From assembly GCA_012295275.1 (NCBI GenBank), contig CM022672.1, positions 34,100,001 through 34,164,000 on the forward strand: DNA of 64,000 nucleotides, in the 5' to 3' direction. This document shows, piece after piece, positions 48,184-64,000 of the stretch; the stretch's first letter is position 1, and every line of letters begins with the position of its first letter. A program made the position numbers and the translations under genes. Below the pieces are notes generated by a model. It worked only from the letters and a program-made list of their open reading frames with translations, did not search any database and was not told the origin of the DNA. Source of the stretch: Chrysomallon squamiferum. Taxonomy: Eukaryota > Animalia > Mollusca.

Positions 48184-48422
48184 GATTTAATTTCTGAATG
48201 TCTGTCTGTGTTGTGTATTCGTGTGTGTGTGTGATTATACATGATTTAATTTCTGAATGTCTGTCTGTGTTGTGTATTCGTGTGTGTGTGTGATTATACA
48301 TGATTTAATTTCTGAATGTCTGTCTGTGTTATGTATTCGTGTGTATGTGTGATTATACATTATTTAATGTCTGAATGTCTGTGTGTGTTGTGTATCCGTG
48401 TGTATGTCTGATTATACATGAT
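48184..48422. repeat. ~59-bp tandem repeat x4 abutting the last recognisable exon of Hint copy 2
   Basis: gatttaatttctgaatgtctgtctgtgttgtgtattcg repeated. Confidence 0.9.
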
Positions 48423-48425
48423 TAC

Positions 48426-50174
<1,749 letters not shown>

Positions 50175-50516
50175 GATAGTAAAACACAACCAATTTAGCT
50201 TCAGCCAGTATTGTCCTGTAGAAATACCAGCAAAAAAATTATTTAAATTATTTCCTTAAAAATCTGTTTTATCTACACATCAAAATATGCAAATATGCAT
50301 AGCGTCTGCTTGTAGTTTCTGTGATCTAGTAATAGTCTTCTTTTTTTTTTTTTTTTTATTTTTTATTTTTTTTTTTTTTTTTTTTTTTATTTTTTTATTT
50401 GTAGTAGTGGTCGTTTCAAACAGCTCTACTATGTATCACCGTTATTAAAAAAAAAAAAATGCTTATATTTCAAATCCCTTTGAAGCATTTTACATTTTTA
50501 ACGTTTTTTTAAACCT

Positions 50517-50660
50517 GTACTTGAATACGAAAGCTGTGATGCCGTGGTGCAGTTGCTAGGATTAAAAGTAAAAATCAAAGATTTTTCAGCATCGTCGACT
50601 GACTGCCGAGCGTACTGAAAGTGAGAGAAGAATTTGGCAAATGACGTCATCAGGGGTGAT
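50517..50660 (-). promoter_or_regulatory. Paralogous upstream block with CRE, Hint copy 2
   Basis: Aligns with 21520-21690. Confidence 0.55.
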
Positions 50661-51130
50661 GCACTTTTATGACCCTTTAATCCAAGAGGGGCTCCACAAG
50701 GGATTTTTTTAGACTCCATTGCGTGGAAAATTCAGTCCGTATCAGAGATTTAAAACGTTTTAAAACATTTACGCTGATCGAGCAAAGTCTACTGAAGAAA
50801 ATAACAGTGGTTATCTAGAAAGTGTTTCTCCATGTGAAAACACTCCAAACCCAAACTGACAATTTCTTTTTTCGAATTTACTTCTTTATTATTTTTTTTA
50901 ATGCGAAGATTTTATTTAAAAAATATAAAATGTAAATCTCTATTGTGATAGAAACGGTATCCACTGAATGAATTCGTTTGTGTCTGCGGTTAACGTTTTA
51001 AGTCTACCGACGTCGTTGCGATGAAAAACATAACTGACTTCAACGACATCAGACATCAATCATGTATTTGCCTCATTTCAAAAAGAGTCTAGTATGTATG
51101 TATGTATGTATGTATGTATGTATGTATGTA

Positions 51131-51169
<39 letters not shown>

Positions 51170-51503
51170 TTGGGTCAGTATTCTGCTAAATCAGTTGACG
51201 TGATCACTTGTTACTAAAATCATGAAGAATCTACATCAAGCCGTTGTTATCTTTTATAAAAGTGTTACTAGACAAATGTGAGTTTTGTAACATATTTTCA
51301 TACACGCTTGTGGTTAAAATATTCTGTTAACTCAGTTTTACGAGATTATTTATTCTAAAATAATGACAGGCTTGTCTCGACTGAAGATATTAACTATGGA
51401 AAGTTTAATTTGAAAATTATCTGCTAAAACGGGCTCCAGAAATGACTGAATATCATGGAACTTTAGAACTGTGACGTGAAACCTTAATGGATTTAATACT
51501 GAA

Positions 51504-51812
51504 ATAGAAAGCGTTATGAATCTATATGCAATGAGATAAATGACTATTATATACAGACTGTATTATAGAAAGCGTTATGAATCTATATGCAATGAGATAA
51601 AAGACTATTATATACAGACTGTATTATAGAAAGCGTTATGAATCTATATGCAATGAGATAAATGACTATTATATACAGACTGTATTATAGAAAGCGTTAT
51701 GAATCTATATGCAATGAGATAAATGACTATTATATACAGACTGTATTATAGAAAGCGTTATGAATCTATATGCAATGAGATAAATGACTATTATATACAG
51801 ACTGTATTATAC
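51504..51812. repeat. ~61-bp tandem repeat x5
   Basis: atagaaagcgttatgaatctatatgcaatgagataaatgactattatatacagactgtatt repeated. Confidence 0.95.
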
Positions 51813-52872
51813 ATAATATACTTAAAGTGCAGTGATATATGAACATGTATTTCTACAACAAAATCATTATTACAACAGTTATAAAAAAAAAAAAAAAAAA
51901 ACTTTCGGGATAAATAATAAGTAATATGTCTTGTGCTACATCAGAATGTTTAATTGTTTTGTGAACAGAAGTGTCACACATTTATCATTAACAGATGACT
52001 GATCACCAGAAATCACTCATCTCCGCTTCTTATATTTTCCATTTGTTATCATCATTGTGTTAATAGTTATTTTTATGGGTGTAGCTGTTATTTGCTTTCA
52101 TTTTGCTTTTGTACTTTTAGTTGATAAACCTTTTTAATTTAACGTTATTTTGTTGTTGTTTTTTTGGGGGGGTTACTTTTTTCTTTTTTTCAACCTGAAT
52201 ACTGTACACCAGAAATTTTTGTTTCAAAATGGTGGAACTCCGAAATCGTTTGCCGTCTGCTATGTTATTTTTCCCGCCATTTGAGTTGCATTTGATTGTT
52301 ACATTTTCTAATTAACTAACTAAATAAATCAAAATCAACAACTGAATTAGTATTTGTTTACGCTAGTTTTTTTTTTTTTAACTAACTAACTAACTAAAAA
52401 ATAAAAAAATAAAATTTTTTTTTTTTTTTTAAATTAAAAATAAAATAAAGTAAAACAAAATAGTAAACAAATACAGAAATAAATAAATAAAAATAAAACT
52501 TAAAATAAAATAAAATAAAATAATAAATAAAAATGAAAAATTAAAATTAAGATTTGTCACGTAGTGAATAAGGCTGCCCCTTCTTCGGCTCGTAAATCTT
52601 TTTTTTTCTTTTTTTCTTCTCTCTGTTATATTCATTTCCCTGCCTTGTACTCATATTTTTATCTTGGTTTATATTACATATTCTTTTCAGACATTGCTTA
52701 TAAAGGTATTACACACGGAAACAAATATTTCCGCGCATACCTGCTTTCAGACACACGAAGGAGATACACAAACAAAGACATTTTACATGGTCTTTGTAAA
52801 TGAAGATTTCATGTCCTGATACGGAATAATTCTTATTTCTGTAATTGGTTTAATGTGTGAAAGTGTTAGTGG

Positions 52873-52986
<114 letters not shown>

Positions 52987-53096
52987 ATACAAATGTCCAC
53001 TCAATCAATGGTTTCATCAATGATAAGAGACGTCGGCCATTTTTATTTTCTTTCAGCAAATGTGTTACAATGATTCAGTCGATTAGAAAAAAAAAA

Positions 53097-53168
<72 letters not shown>

Positions 53169-53398
53169 AACAAATAATAATAATAATAAAAAATAATAAA
53201 AATATAATAATAATAATAATAATAATAACAAATAATAAAAATAATAATAATAATAATAACAGCAACAACAAATAATAGTGATAATAATAATAATAATTTT
53301 CAAAAAAGAAAAATCTGTATACCATGTACATGCAAAATCATGATGTACCACATACCCCAAAACATTATTTTGTTTGTTTTTATTGTTATTTTGTTTAT

Positions 53399-53519
53399 TT
53401 ACTGCATCATCTCCATCAAAAGCGGCAGCATCATGGGATGCATGTTGCCCCCGCTATTCATCATCATCATCATCATCATCGGCATCATACCTTCACCTCC
53501 ACCCCCGCTCATCATCATC
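53399..53519 (-). CDS. Probable terminal exon of a small Met/Gly-rich protein
   Basis: tttcag acceptor, then MMMSGGGGEGMMPMMMMMMMNSGGNMHPMMLPLLMEMMQ*, then AATAAA; GC-richer island in AAT repeats; upstream exons not identified. Confidence 0.6.
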
Positions 53520-53604
53520 CTGAAATATAACAACAACAACAACGATAACAACAACCACAACAACAGTAACAGCAACGATAAATAATAGTAATAATAATAT
53601 GATC

Positions 53605-53648
<44 letters not shown>

Positions 53649-54890
53649 TAATAACAATAATAACAGTAATGATAATAATAATGATAATAACAATAAATAA
53701 TAATAATAACGATAATAACAACAACAATAATAATAGTGTAAATAAAAATATTGACAATAACAATAAAATAATAATAAAATTAAAATATTACTACTACTAC
53801 TACTACTAGTTATTCTATTATAATTTGTTGTCCTTTTTCTTCTTCTTCTTCTTCTTCTTATTATTATTAGTAGTAGTAGTAGTAGCACAACTACTACTAC
53901 TACTACTAATATTAATAATAATAAGAAGAAGAAGAAGAAGAAGAAAAACAACAACAACAACAACAAATAATAATAATAATAATAACAGAATAATAATTAA
54001 GACATGAGTATTGACCGTTATATGCCAAAATATCAAGTTAATATGTGCAGCAGTTTTTACCTATAACGTAAATAAATTTTAAAATATTGTAAATAATCCT
54101 GTATTTAATTATTGCATTTGGATGTGGAATTCACTGAGAGGGGAGATATTAGAAAGTGGACTGGATAAATTCAGTAAGGAGAAACGATAGATTAGATTCA
54201 GCGAAAACGATCAGCCATGAAGAAGCGATTAGAAAAACTGTGTGAGGAAAGTAAAGGATCATCTGTCCTTGTAGATTACTGACATTTTTAATACCAGTAA
54301 CCATGTCTTTGGAGAATCGTGTGCTTTGTCAGGAAATTGTAAAAAGCTTTCGGCTTTTTTTAAAGCTATATTTCTGTTTGTGTGTGTGTGTGTATGTGTG
54401 TATGTGTGTGTCCTTGTGCGTGTGCTTCTGTGAGAGTGTGTATGTTTGATCTATGTACGTATGCATGTATCTGTTTGTGTACATTTGTGTTTTACTAGTG
54501 AATGTGAATATAACACGATTATGTGACAGTTTTATAGAATTATCAGTTTTACTTACAGCATCAGTGGCAAAAGATTGTTATCTACAAAAGAAAAGACAAA
54601 AGTTTGAGTAACAGAATTTCTTTTTTTTTTTCTTTCTTTCTTTTTTTGGGGAACAAAAAGACAAAACAAAATAATTGAATGAATGAATAAATAAATAAAT
54701 AATTCAATAAAAAATCTAAATAAATATGTAAATAATTGAAAGAATGACTGTATAAATAAATAAATAAACTGATATATGAATGAATCACGAATAAGATTTT
54801 AAAAGTAACCTGCTGTCTAACAATATTGTAATGGTGTTTAAAAATCGTTAGCAACAGATTCGAATAAGTTTAATGGATGATAGTCTTGTT

Positions 54891-54986
<96 letters not shown>

Positions 54987-55148
54987 CTAGTCTGTTACAT
55001 TTATAAAAATACTGTACTTCTTTTAGGCTGTTGATTCTTTCATGATCGCATCATGCTGTAGGAATCAAGAGGTCCCCATTGACCCGTTCTTTGTACACGT
55101 GACGTCATAAAGTTGCCAGGACGACGGCCTGCTAGTGGAATCTGATTA

Positions 55149-55260
<112 letters not shown>

Positions 55261-55500
55261 CACACATACATATGCATAAGACATCTGACTTCGGCAATAT
55301 TTTATCTCAGTTATCTCAGGAAAATATCGCAATTACAATTGACACAGACCATTGACTTGGTAATTGTATCAATTAACCAGTTTTGTTTTCTCTTCTAATG
55401 CTTTTTTTTTTTATTATTTCGAATGACTAATGTTAGATACATCTTTCTGGATACTTTAAAAATCATATTTCTAAAGTGTTTTTGATATAGAGCCTTTTGT

Positions 55501-55662
<162 letters not shown>

Positions 55663-56009
55663 GATAGATAGATCCTGAATTTAGCCTCCATTTGTAATTT
55701 ATTTTTTAAATTCCTTGTCTTAAAAGTATCCAAGTTTAAAATTACTCTGTGAACATATGTGCACAAATATTTTATTCATTCATTCATTCATTCATTCATT
55801 GGTTTCTTTTAGCCATGATGTATTTTATATCATGACCAGGTACGTTACCCAGTTATGTGAAGTCTGCTTAGTATTTGTCACGTGACAGGTTTAACGTAAC
55901 CTTAAATTAAATAACTCAGACTTACCCACATAATTACTTGAAAAGACTAAGATCCAAGGAACAATTTCAGTATCAGCTGATATTATTCCTCTTCAAAAAA
56001 GTTAATAAA

Positions 56010-56050
<41 letters not shown>

Positions 56051-56359
56051 TAACAACAATAATAATTAAAAAAAAACAATAACATTAATAATTGTAGTAG
56101 TATTAGGAGTAGTAGCAGTAGCAGCAGTAGTAATAATAATAACCATAACGATAATAATAATAACAATAATAATAGCAGAATAACAATAATAATAGTCAAT
56201 AATAATAATAAATGTTGCTAAATAATAATAATAGCAGTACTAGTAGTATAGTAGCAGTAGTAGTACCGTTTGTTTTTGAAGTTGACTGTTTTTCGTTTGT
56301 TGTTTGTAGTTTGTGGTTTCTGACATGGATTTAACGGTTTCTTATTTGTAGTTGGTAAC

Positions 56360-56421
<62 letters not shown>

Positions 56422-56813
56422 TAATAATAATAAAATGCAATAAAAAAATGAAAATTGTAAAAACAAAAAAAACGAAAGAACAAAAAGTAAAATAAAGACT
56501 TATAGATACGATACTTAGGTGTAAACAAACAAACACTCGATAATATGTAGAATAATACATTTATTTCATGCTTTAGTTGGTTGGACTTTTTAATTTCCTT
56601 TCTTCGTTTTATTCTTTTCTCTTTTTTTTTGCGTGTGTGTGTGTGTGTGTGTGAACTGTAAACCAAATTACAGCAAAATATAATAAATGGTTTAAACAGT
56701 CAATAGCTCCTTACATCTGCTTTTTGTTATTTCCATCTGTTATATCTAAATTTCTGTGTTGCTAGATGTCACAAACCAACTTGAAGCATTTCACCTGAAA
56801 ACGATCATCTATT

Positions 56814-57992
56814 TCACTTGATAGCAAAAGCTTCTTCTAACATACGCTTAATTTCAGACATATCTACCGACAATATTATAGATACGCTGCCAGCCTCGTT
56901 CTGGTGCTCATTCCAGTCCACCTCCATCCGACCCCTGGTGTCGCTATTTCCTGTGTCCACTTTCACAGACGCCGATTTCCTGGCTGTTATGACGTCATCA
57001 TTCAAGGCGGCCGCCATTGCGTACTGATCCGCCAGGAGGTATCCTTTCTTTAGCTGAGAACAATCGAGATCGTGTTCATCATCGTTTTTATCGTTTTTGA
57101 TCAAATGTCCGTCACCTTCGTAAAATGTTTCAATTGTTTTCCGTTCCACTGTTTTCATAAACTGAGCGATCTTTGTTGGCTTATTAACAAGTTCTTCATA
57201 CCAACTCTGAAAATAATAATAGCAGTAGTAGTAGTAGTAGTAGTAGTAGTAATAATAATCATAAATAAATAAATAATATTAATAATTAGATAAAATAAAA
57301 TAAACACAAAAACACAAGGACTGTTTCACGTACCCATGGAAACGAATTACTGACGCACAGATCCCAACAAGCTATTGTGATTGGACAACCGAGGTCACTG
57401 AGGACTATCTGAGCTGCTTCCGGGTCACTGTGAAAGTTGAATTCCGCATATGACGTCACATTACCCGCCACTGGAATAAATGACGTGCACGTGAACACCA
57501 TTATGTTAATCAAATGTTAGATGAAGACGAAAAATACGCACATTCATTTCAGGAAGAATTCAAAAGCATATTAAAAATAAGTAAATAAACACACACAAAA
57601 AAACGGGTTTAACTTATTAACAGGAATTAAAGAATGTAGCAACAAAATTATAATTAATGATTTTTGGGAGTCAAAATATTTACTAATAATTAACTATTCC
57701 AGATTAGTGACAATGCTTTGTACATTTCATGTTATCTTAGTTCATTATCAGATAATGAGAACAGTGTTAACAATGACCAAAACAACAGTAACGATAACAA
57801 CAGCAAGAACGACAACGACAATAACAATAAGAAAAAGAAAAAGAAGAAGAAGAATTTTCGTAACACGAACCGTGGTAATTTCCTCCCATTATGTAACAGC
57901 TCCTAAGACGTTTACCAAATCCTGGATCTAATCTGATTGCAATAGCAACATTCGTGAGTGGTCCTAAAGCAACTAGAGTGACGTCACCTACA

Positions 57993-58027
<35 letters not shown>

Positions 58028-58140
58028 ATTCCTTACAAGTAATTATGTTAATTTTCATTTTATATCTTTGTATTCTTGTTTTATTCAAATAGAGAATATT
58101 CTGAAAGCAACGACATAATATATATATACATATACCTATG

Positions 58141-58187
<47 letters not shown>

Positions 58188-58779
58188 AAAAAATGCTGTG
58201 TCTATTTTGGAAGGGTCTCTACGTTTTATAACAACAACATCAACAAAACAACAATGAGAATAATAACAACAATAATAATAATGTATATTTGTTAAGAAAA
58301 ATGTAATATACTAATGGTACAAATTATGTTTATGATGATCATAATGTTCAACAGCAGCAACAACAACAACAATAATGATAATAATTAAAATATATGCCTG
58401 TGTCATGGATGTTAGATAATTTTAAAGTCTGAATAAACAGCATCCTTGTTTAAACAGGGAATTATCTTTGTGTGCATTTTTTACGATTTTAGTATTTTTG
58501 CTATTACTAATTTATTAATATAGTAAGTAAATAATCTTTTTTTCAGAAATCTCTTGCCTGGATACTTTTTTGATAAGTTCAGTAAAGCTTGCACGCCATG
58601 TTCTTTTTTAATCAGAACGTCGTCTGATGGATTCGAGTCGAAGACGTCGCCAAAACCGTCAGTGCCGTGGTAGTTGATGTCGGGTGGTTTCTTCCACCCC
58701 ATTAACATTTCGTCACATCCGACGTAAACAGGAATCTGAGGAAAACAAATCATTTTATCAAATAAGAGAACTAATTAAG

Positions 58780-58871
<92 letters not shown>

Positions 58872-58899
58872 TTATGTTTATTTATTTTGCACGCAGACT

Positions 58900-58930
<31 letters not shown>

Positions 58931-59418
58931 GGACAGAAACACACGCCTACATATACATACACAAACACACAGCAGACAATACACACACACACACACATAC
59001 AGAAACACATTTTATACACACACACATACATACGTCCATATGCTATTTAAGGTTAAGTTTCCAAATTTCAGTTTTCTATTTATTTTACAATCATCAGCCA
59101 GCTTAACAAACTAAATAACTAACTAATAAACAAAGAAGAAAATAAAATAGAAGAAAAAGAAGAAAAAAATAGAAGAATATATATATATATTAAATTCAAA
59201 GCAAGCCTCGTAATCGAAATTATACTAACATCAAGATGACCAGCTTCTCGTAACAGGCGTAACAAATTTCTCCCAACTTGTTTAGATCGGGTGTTTCCGG
59301 TAACTGTCGTCAGAGCAATGATTTCCACGTGGCTTGAAGACATTGCCATCAAAATGGCCTGAGCGTCATCTATTCCCGCGTCTGTGTCGATTATTAGTAA
59401 CTGTTTTCTGTCGGCCAT
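56814..59418 (-). CDS. Inosine-uridine preferring nucleoside hydrolase family protein, 337 aa
   Basis: Exons 59230-59418, 58558-58735 (GC donor), 57871-57987, 57334-57470, 56814-57206. Motifs [64 protein letters not shown]. Confidence 0.93.
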
Positions 59419-59478
59419 TACAGTTTGCTGGTTCGAAATTCAGTTTAGAAAGAGCTACCAGTTCTATAAACAAGCAAA

Positions 59479-59513
<35 letters not shown>

Positions 59514-59790
59514 ATGTTGATGATGATGATAATAATGACTTCTGAATTTCGAATGAAACCTTGAATTAATTATAAATTTATATTTATTTTTATTTCCAAA
59601 ATAAACCAAATAAAGTCTCATACTGGAAAAAAAAATAAAAAAAAAAAAGAAAAAATAAAGAACAAAAATAACTAAAACAAAATGAAGAAATTAAGAAATA
59701 AAGAAAACAAACAAACAAACAAACAAAAAACAAACAAATAAGAAAAAAAAAGAGCCTCACTGTATTTCTAGAAATACACTATTATGTAAT

Positions 59791-59882
<92 letters not shown>

Positions 59883-59931
59883 GACATAAAATATAATTTA
59901 ATCAAAAGCGCAAAAGAAAAATTAAATTTTC

Positions 59932-59987
<56 letters not shown>

Positions 59988-60823
59988 AATTATATCTTAT
60001 TATTATTATTACAAAAGAACATTATATACGCGTAACCAAATTAATTTTTGTATCGTCTGCTTTTTAGTCTCTGAAGTAAAATGTACAAGAACTAAACTTG
60101 CATCAAGTCAAATATCTACTGAATAAAAACATAAGAAATTAAACTTCAGGATCAAGCAGATTTGTTCCATATCGAAATATCCACCTGTAAATTAGTAGAA
60201 ATAATAATATTTATTCATTTATTTATTTTGAATACAATATTAAGCTATTAAAGACATTATTCGATAGTATTATAAATAAATTAGAAAGACGTGAACGTGT
60301 TGTTACAAATTGATTATAAAGGATGAGTTTGACCTTTCTTGACCTAGAAATTGACTTTTGATATCTAATGTATTTATAGTTTGTCCACGAGTTTCAGGAT
60401 GGCTAATTTTAAAACAGTAGATGACAAAATGGATAAAGAAAAACAAATTTAGAAAGTAAATACATACATACATGAATGCATACATATAGTATACATAAAT
60501 ACACGTATTACACATATAAATATATACAAATATCTCCACACACACACACAACAACGCGCGAGCGCGCGCGAGGGAAAGAAACCTACCTTGAGTCTTAATG
60601 TTCAAATGATTCTTGAATTATGACGTTTTAAAGCAACTGTGAATCGTTTTCAAGCAAAGATTGTGGGAGGATCTGTTTGTTGTATGTAGGGCGGTTATGT
60701 AATTATAAATAGCAATGGATAACGATTACGTTTATCCTCATCTTAAACACAGAATGTCCTCGAATTACCGATAAGGTTGACAGTTTGTACAGGTTTAGTA
60801 CGGCAATCAGTACAGTGTGACAG

Positions 60824-60864
<41 letters not shown>

Positions 60865-60898
60865 CACTATCATTAGTATTATTATAATTATTATTACA

Positions 60899-60951
<53 letters not shown>

Positions 60952-61180
60952 CAGTATTATTATAAGTATTATTATTATTATTATTATTATCACTATCATT
61001 AGTATTATTATAATTATTATTACAGTTATTATTATTATTATTATCATTATCGTTATTATTATTATTATCACTATCATTAGTATTATTATAATTATTATTA
61101 CAGTTATTATTATTATTATTATCATCATTATTATTATTATTATTATCACTATCATTAGTATTATTATAATTATTATTACA

Positions 61181-61223
<43 letters not shown>

Positions 61224-61482
61224 GTTGAAGGGTGAGTATGTTCCCCATATATTTCTGGATATGCCCCTTGATGCAGAAAAACACCGCGAAATCACTGGTT
61301 TGAATGCAGGTCAAATACCATAGCTAATTACAAATTATAATTCTAATCAAACAATACACTATTAATCTTCTTGCTAAAGATATCAAATTACAAATATTTC
61401 TCTTCGGAAAATGCTGATCATGTAAACCAGTATTAAAATAAAAAATTAGAATATATAAATAATAATACTTTTTGGATTGTTC

Positions 61483-61578
<96 letters not shown>

Positions 61579-61887
61579 TGTACAACAAATAATAGTTACT
61601 TAGATGTATAGAAAATATTTTTAACCGATTATAAAACTAAAACAAATAAGATAAAATAAAATAAAATAATATAATAAATTTTAATGGTTTTTTTTTTATA
61701 TATATATATAAATCTAGAAATAGTTGTTACAAAGATAAGTGAAAATTCTAATCGAATATTTTATGACAGAGAGAAAAAAAGTAAAAAAATATAAAAATAT
61801 AAAAAATGTCAGTGAACAATTTCAAGATATATCAATAACAATGTATTAGTCTGTAGAGGAATGTGTCAAAGAACAGGAAAAGAATGA

Positions 61888-61920
<33 letters not shown>

Positions 61921-62912
61921 CACACATACAAAAGAAAAACATGCACGCATTTTTCATTCTGTACTTCCCTTCCTGCAATCACTTTCTAACAATAAAATGT
62001 GACAACATATATTTAAAACTAGTTATACTTCAAAATAAAAACAACATCGAAAAATACATTAAATAACAAAAATTAAAAAAAAAAAAAGAAACGATATCCT
62101 TTATAAACATTTACTATAATCGCTCTGAAACTATGAGCAGTTATATTAAACATGATTAATATTATAACATTATTCAATATAAACATAGGCTAAAATAAAA
62201 TAATTAAAAATTACGAAACAAATTTAAATATTAAAAAATAAAAACACATCTAAACTTGGTAGACGTATAACAAATGTTTCTTTACCAAGTGTATATCTGT
62301 TAGATATAACATATTAACAAAAAAAATGTTTATTTCTGAAAACTTAACGAAATTATGAATCACTTTTCCCAAGGCGTGAAAAAACCTTTGGCAAGTAATA
62401 TGCGCTGTGGCCAGTAATGGCGAGTTTTTTTCTTCTTCTTTACACTGCAGGGCCGAATTTTAATATAAGCTGGAAAATCCGCAACTTATAAATTCTGTGT
62501 TCAGTGTTATTTATTTTATTTTCTGTAAATATTAAATAGACTTTCCGCTGTTAATGTTTAATACGAAAATGTTAGTAGATGACGTAAAATGATCGATCCC
62601 TGAGTTGAGAAAAAAATCTTCTGCGGAAAAACTATCACGTGATTTATTACAGCACTAAGGAAACGTTTGACATAATTATTATAACAATGTATTTTCGTAT
62701 AATCACTACACTGAAACTATGTCTGAATCCATCATTTCTCTAAACACTGTGTAAGATTCACCAGTGCATAATACTTGCTGTAGTTGTCGAAAGTTACCGT
62801 TCTTGTTTCAGCGCCCTCTATAAGACTAGACAGTAAACAGTGGAAACTAATGTAATAACAGCACAATGGCTAGCACCATAAATACGTTTAAAGATTTGAT
62901 CGTAGCAAATTT

Positions 62913-63236
62913 CTACTTCTTTTTCTTTTTTCCTTTCTTCCCCTTCTTTCCTCCTTTCTTTCCCTTTTTGCCTTTCTTTACTTTAGTTTTACTATCAACT
63001 TTTGGAATGGCATAGGCGGGAATTATCGGCGTATCTCTGATCTCGTCCGCAAGAACGGGTTCGACGCCATTTTGTGTTTGTCTCATAACGTCCCAAGAAT
63101 TTGAATAATATTTGCTGAAATCAATCGGTCGAACTGTCGACTTGGTTTCAGCTTCGTTACTAGCTCCGTTCAGTAGCAACAATTTCACTATTTCAGTATG
63201 GTTACCTGAAAGTAATAATAAAAATAACAACAACAA

Positions 63237-63291
<55 letters not shown>

Positions 63292-63342
63292 TTCACTATT
63301 TCAGTATGGTTACCTGAAAGTAATAATAAAAATAACAACAAC

Positions 63343-63402
<60 letters not shown>

Positions 63403-63537
63403 CTCCCAAAATAAAATAAAATAATTAATTCAGTACAAAACGAAAAATAATTTTAAAATAATTTTTTTTTTAAATCTGAAATTTGGAAAAGGAATTAAAA
63501 TGAAAATACGAACCTTTCAAACTGCCTATTAAAATAA

Positions 63538-63584
<47 letters not shown>

Positions 63585-63709
63585 CTGTACGGCAGTGTGA
63601 ATGTACTTGCCTTTAGACGCAAGGTGAAGTGGTGATACATGAGACCCAACTGTAAAGTTTGGATCAGCTCCACATTCCAGTAAGAGTCGGACAATATCCA
63701 AGTAACCAC
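62913..63709 (-). CDS. Ankyrin-repeat protein, last two exons, Lys-rich C-terminal tail
   Basis: 99-nt phase-1 exon 63611-63709 (GYLDIVRLLLECGADPN..SPLHLASK, GC donor) and last exon 62913-63205 (GNHTEIVKLLLLNGA..KKGKKGKKGGKKGKKGKKKKK*); gene continues beyond the window. Confidence 0.88.
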
Positions 63710-63758
63710 CTGAAAAATATAGAATGAAAATCATTTATTTATTTATTTGTTTGCTTGT

Positions 63759-63797
<39 letters not shown>

Positions 63798-63925
63798 TGT
63801 ATTTGGTTGTTTATTTATTTATTTTTTTTTTTTTTTTTTTTGTTTATTTGTTTGTTAGTTTGTTTATTATTTTATTTATTTATTTATTTGTCTGCCATCA
63901 CTATATTAAGTATGTTTCCCATACC

Positions 63926-63973
<48 letters not shown>

Positions 63974-64000
63974 TATTATGTTACTGTTTGTGTAGATGTG

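Noticed and set aside
50498-50719. 73-aa ORF MESKKIPCG..
   Set aside because: Overlaps the conserved upstream block; the paralog at 21520-21690 has indels and does not appear to keep the frame.
53324-53585. His-rich and Ile/Pro-rich plus-strand ORFs
   Set aside because: Better explained as the antisense of the Met-rich exon, which has an acceptor, stop and polyA signal.

Overview
AT-rich, microsatellite-dense eukaryotic DNA with spliceosomal introns. It is probably from an invertebrate; a SINE relic and the gene content suggest a mollusc (inference). There is one 200-N gap at 20973-21172. Supported genes: (1) two intronless QACQG caspases, 343-1041 (+, with a 5' frameshift) and 38122-38940 (-, intact); (2) a 16-exon receptor-type tyrosine phosphatase, intracellular part only, with active D1 and dead D2 (-), running into the gap; (3) an intronless torsin-like AAA+ ATPase plus a 3' fragment of it; (4) a 5-exon IU-type nucleoside hydrolase; (5) the 3' end of an ankyrin-repeat gene; (6) a short Met-rich terminal exon absent from the ORF track. 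The main finding is a family of secreted peptide-Hint precursors. The intact gene (25370-27815 +, 5 exons, 263 aa) encodes signal peptide, KR site, a 42-aa 8-Cys peptide, a Hedgehog-type Hint autoprocessing domain and a sterol-recognition-like tail. A decayed paralog (48426-50174 -) has a homologous leader and Hint exons but an unrelated Cys-free peptide, and further relics lie nearby. Caspase, torsin and Hint sequences appear to have been duplicated together in rearranged blocks. All alignments were done by eye; no database searches were run.
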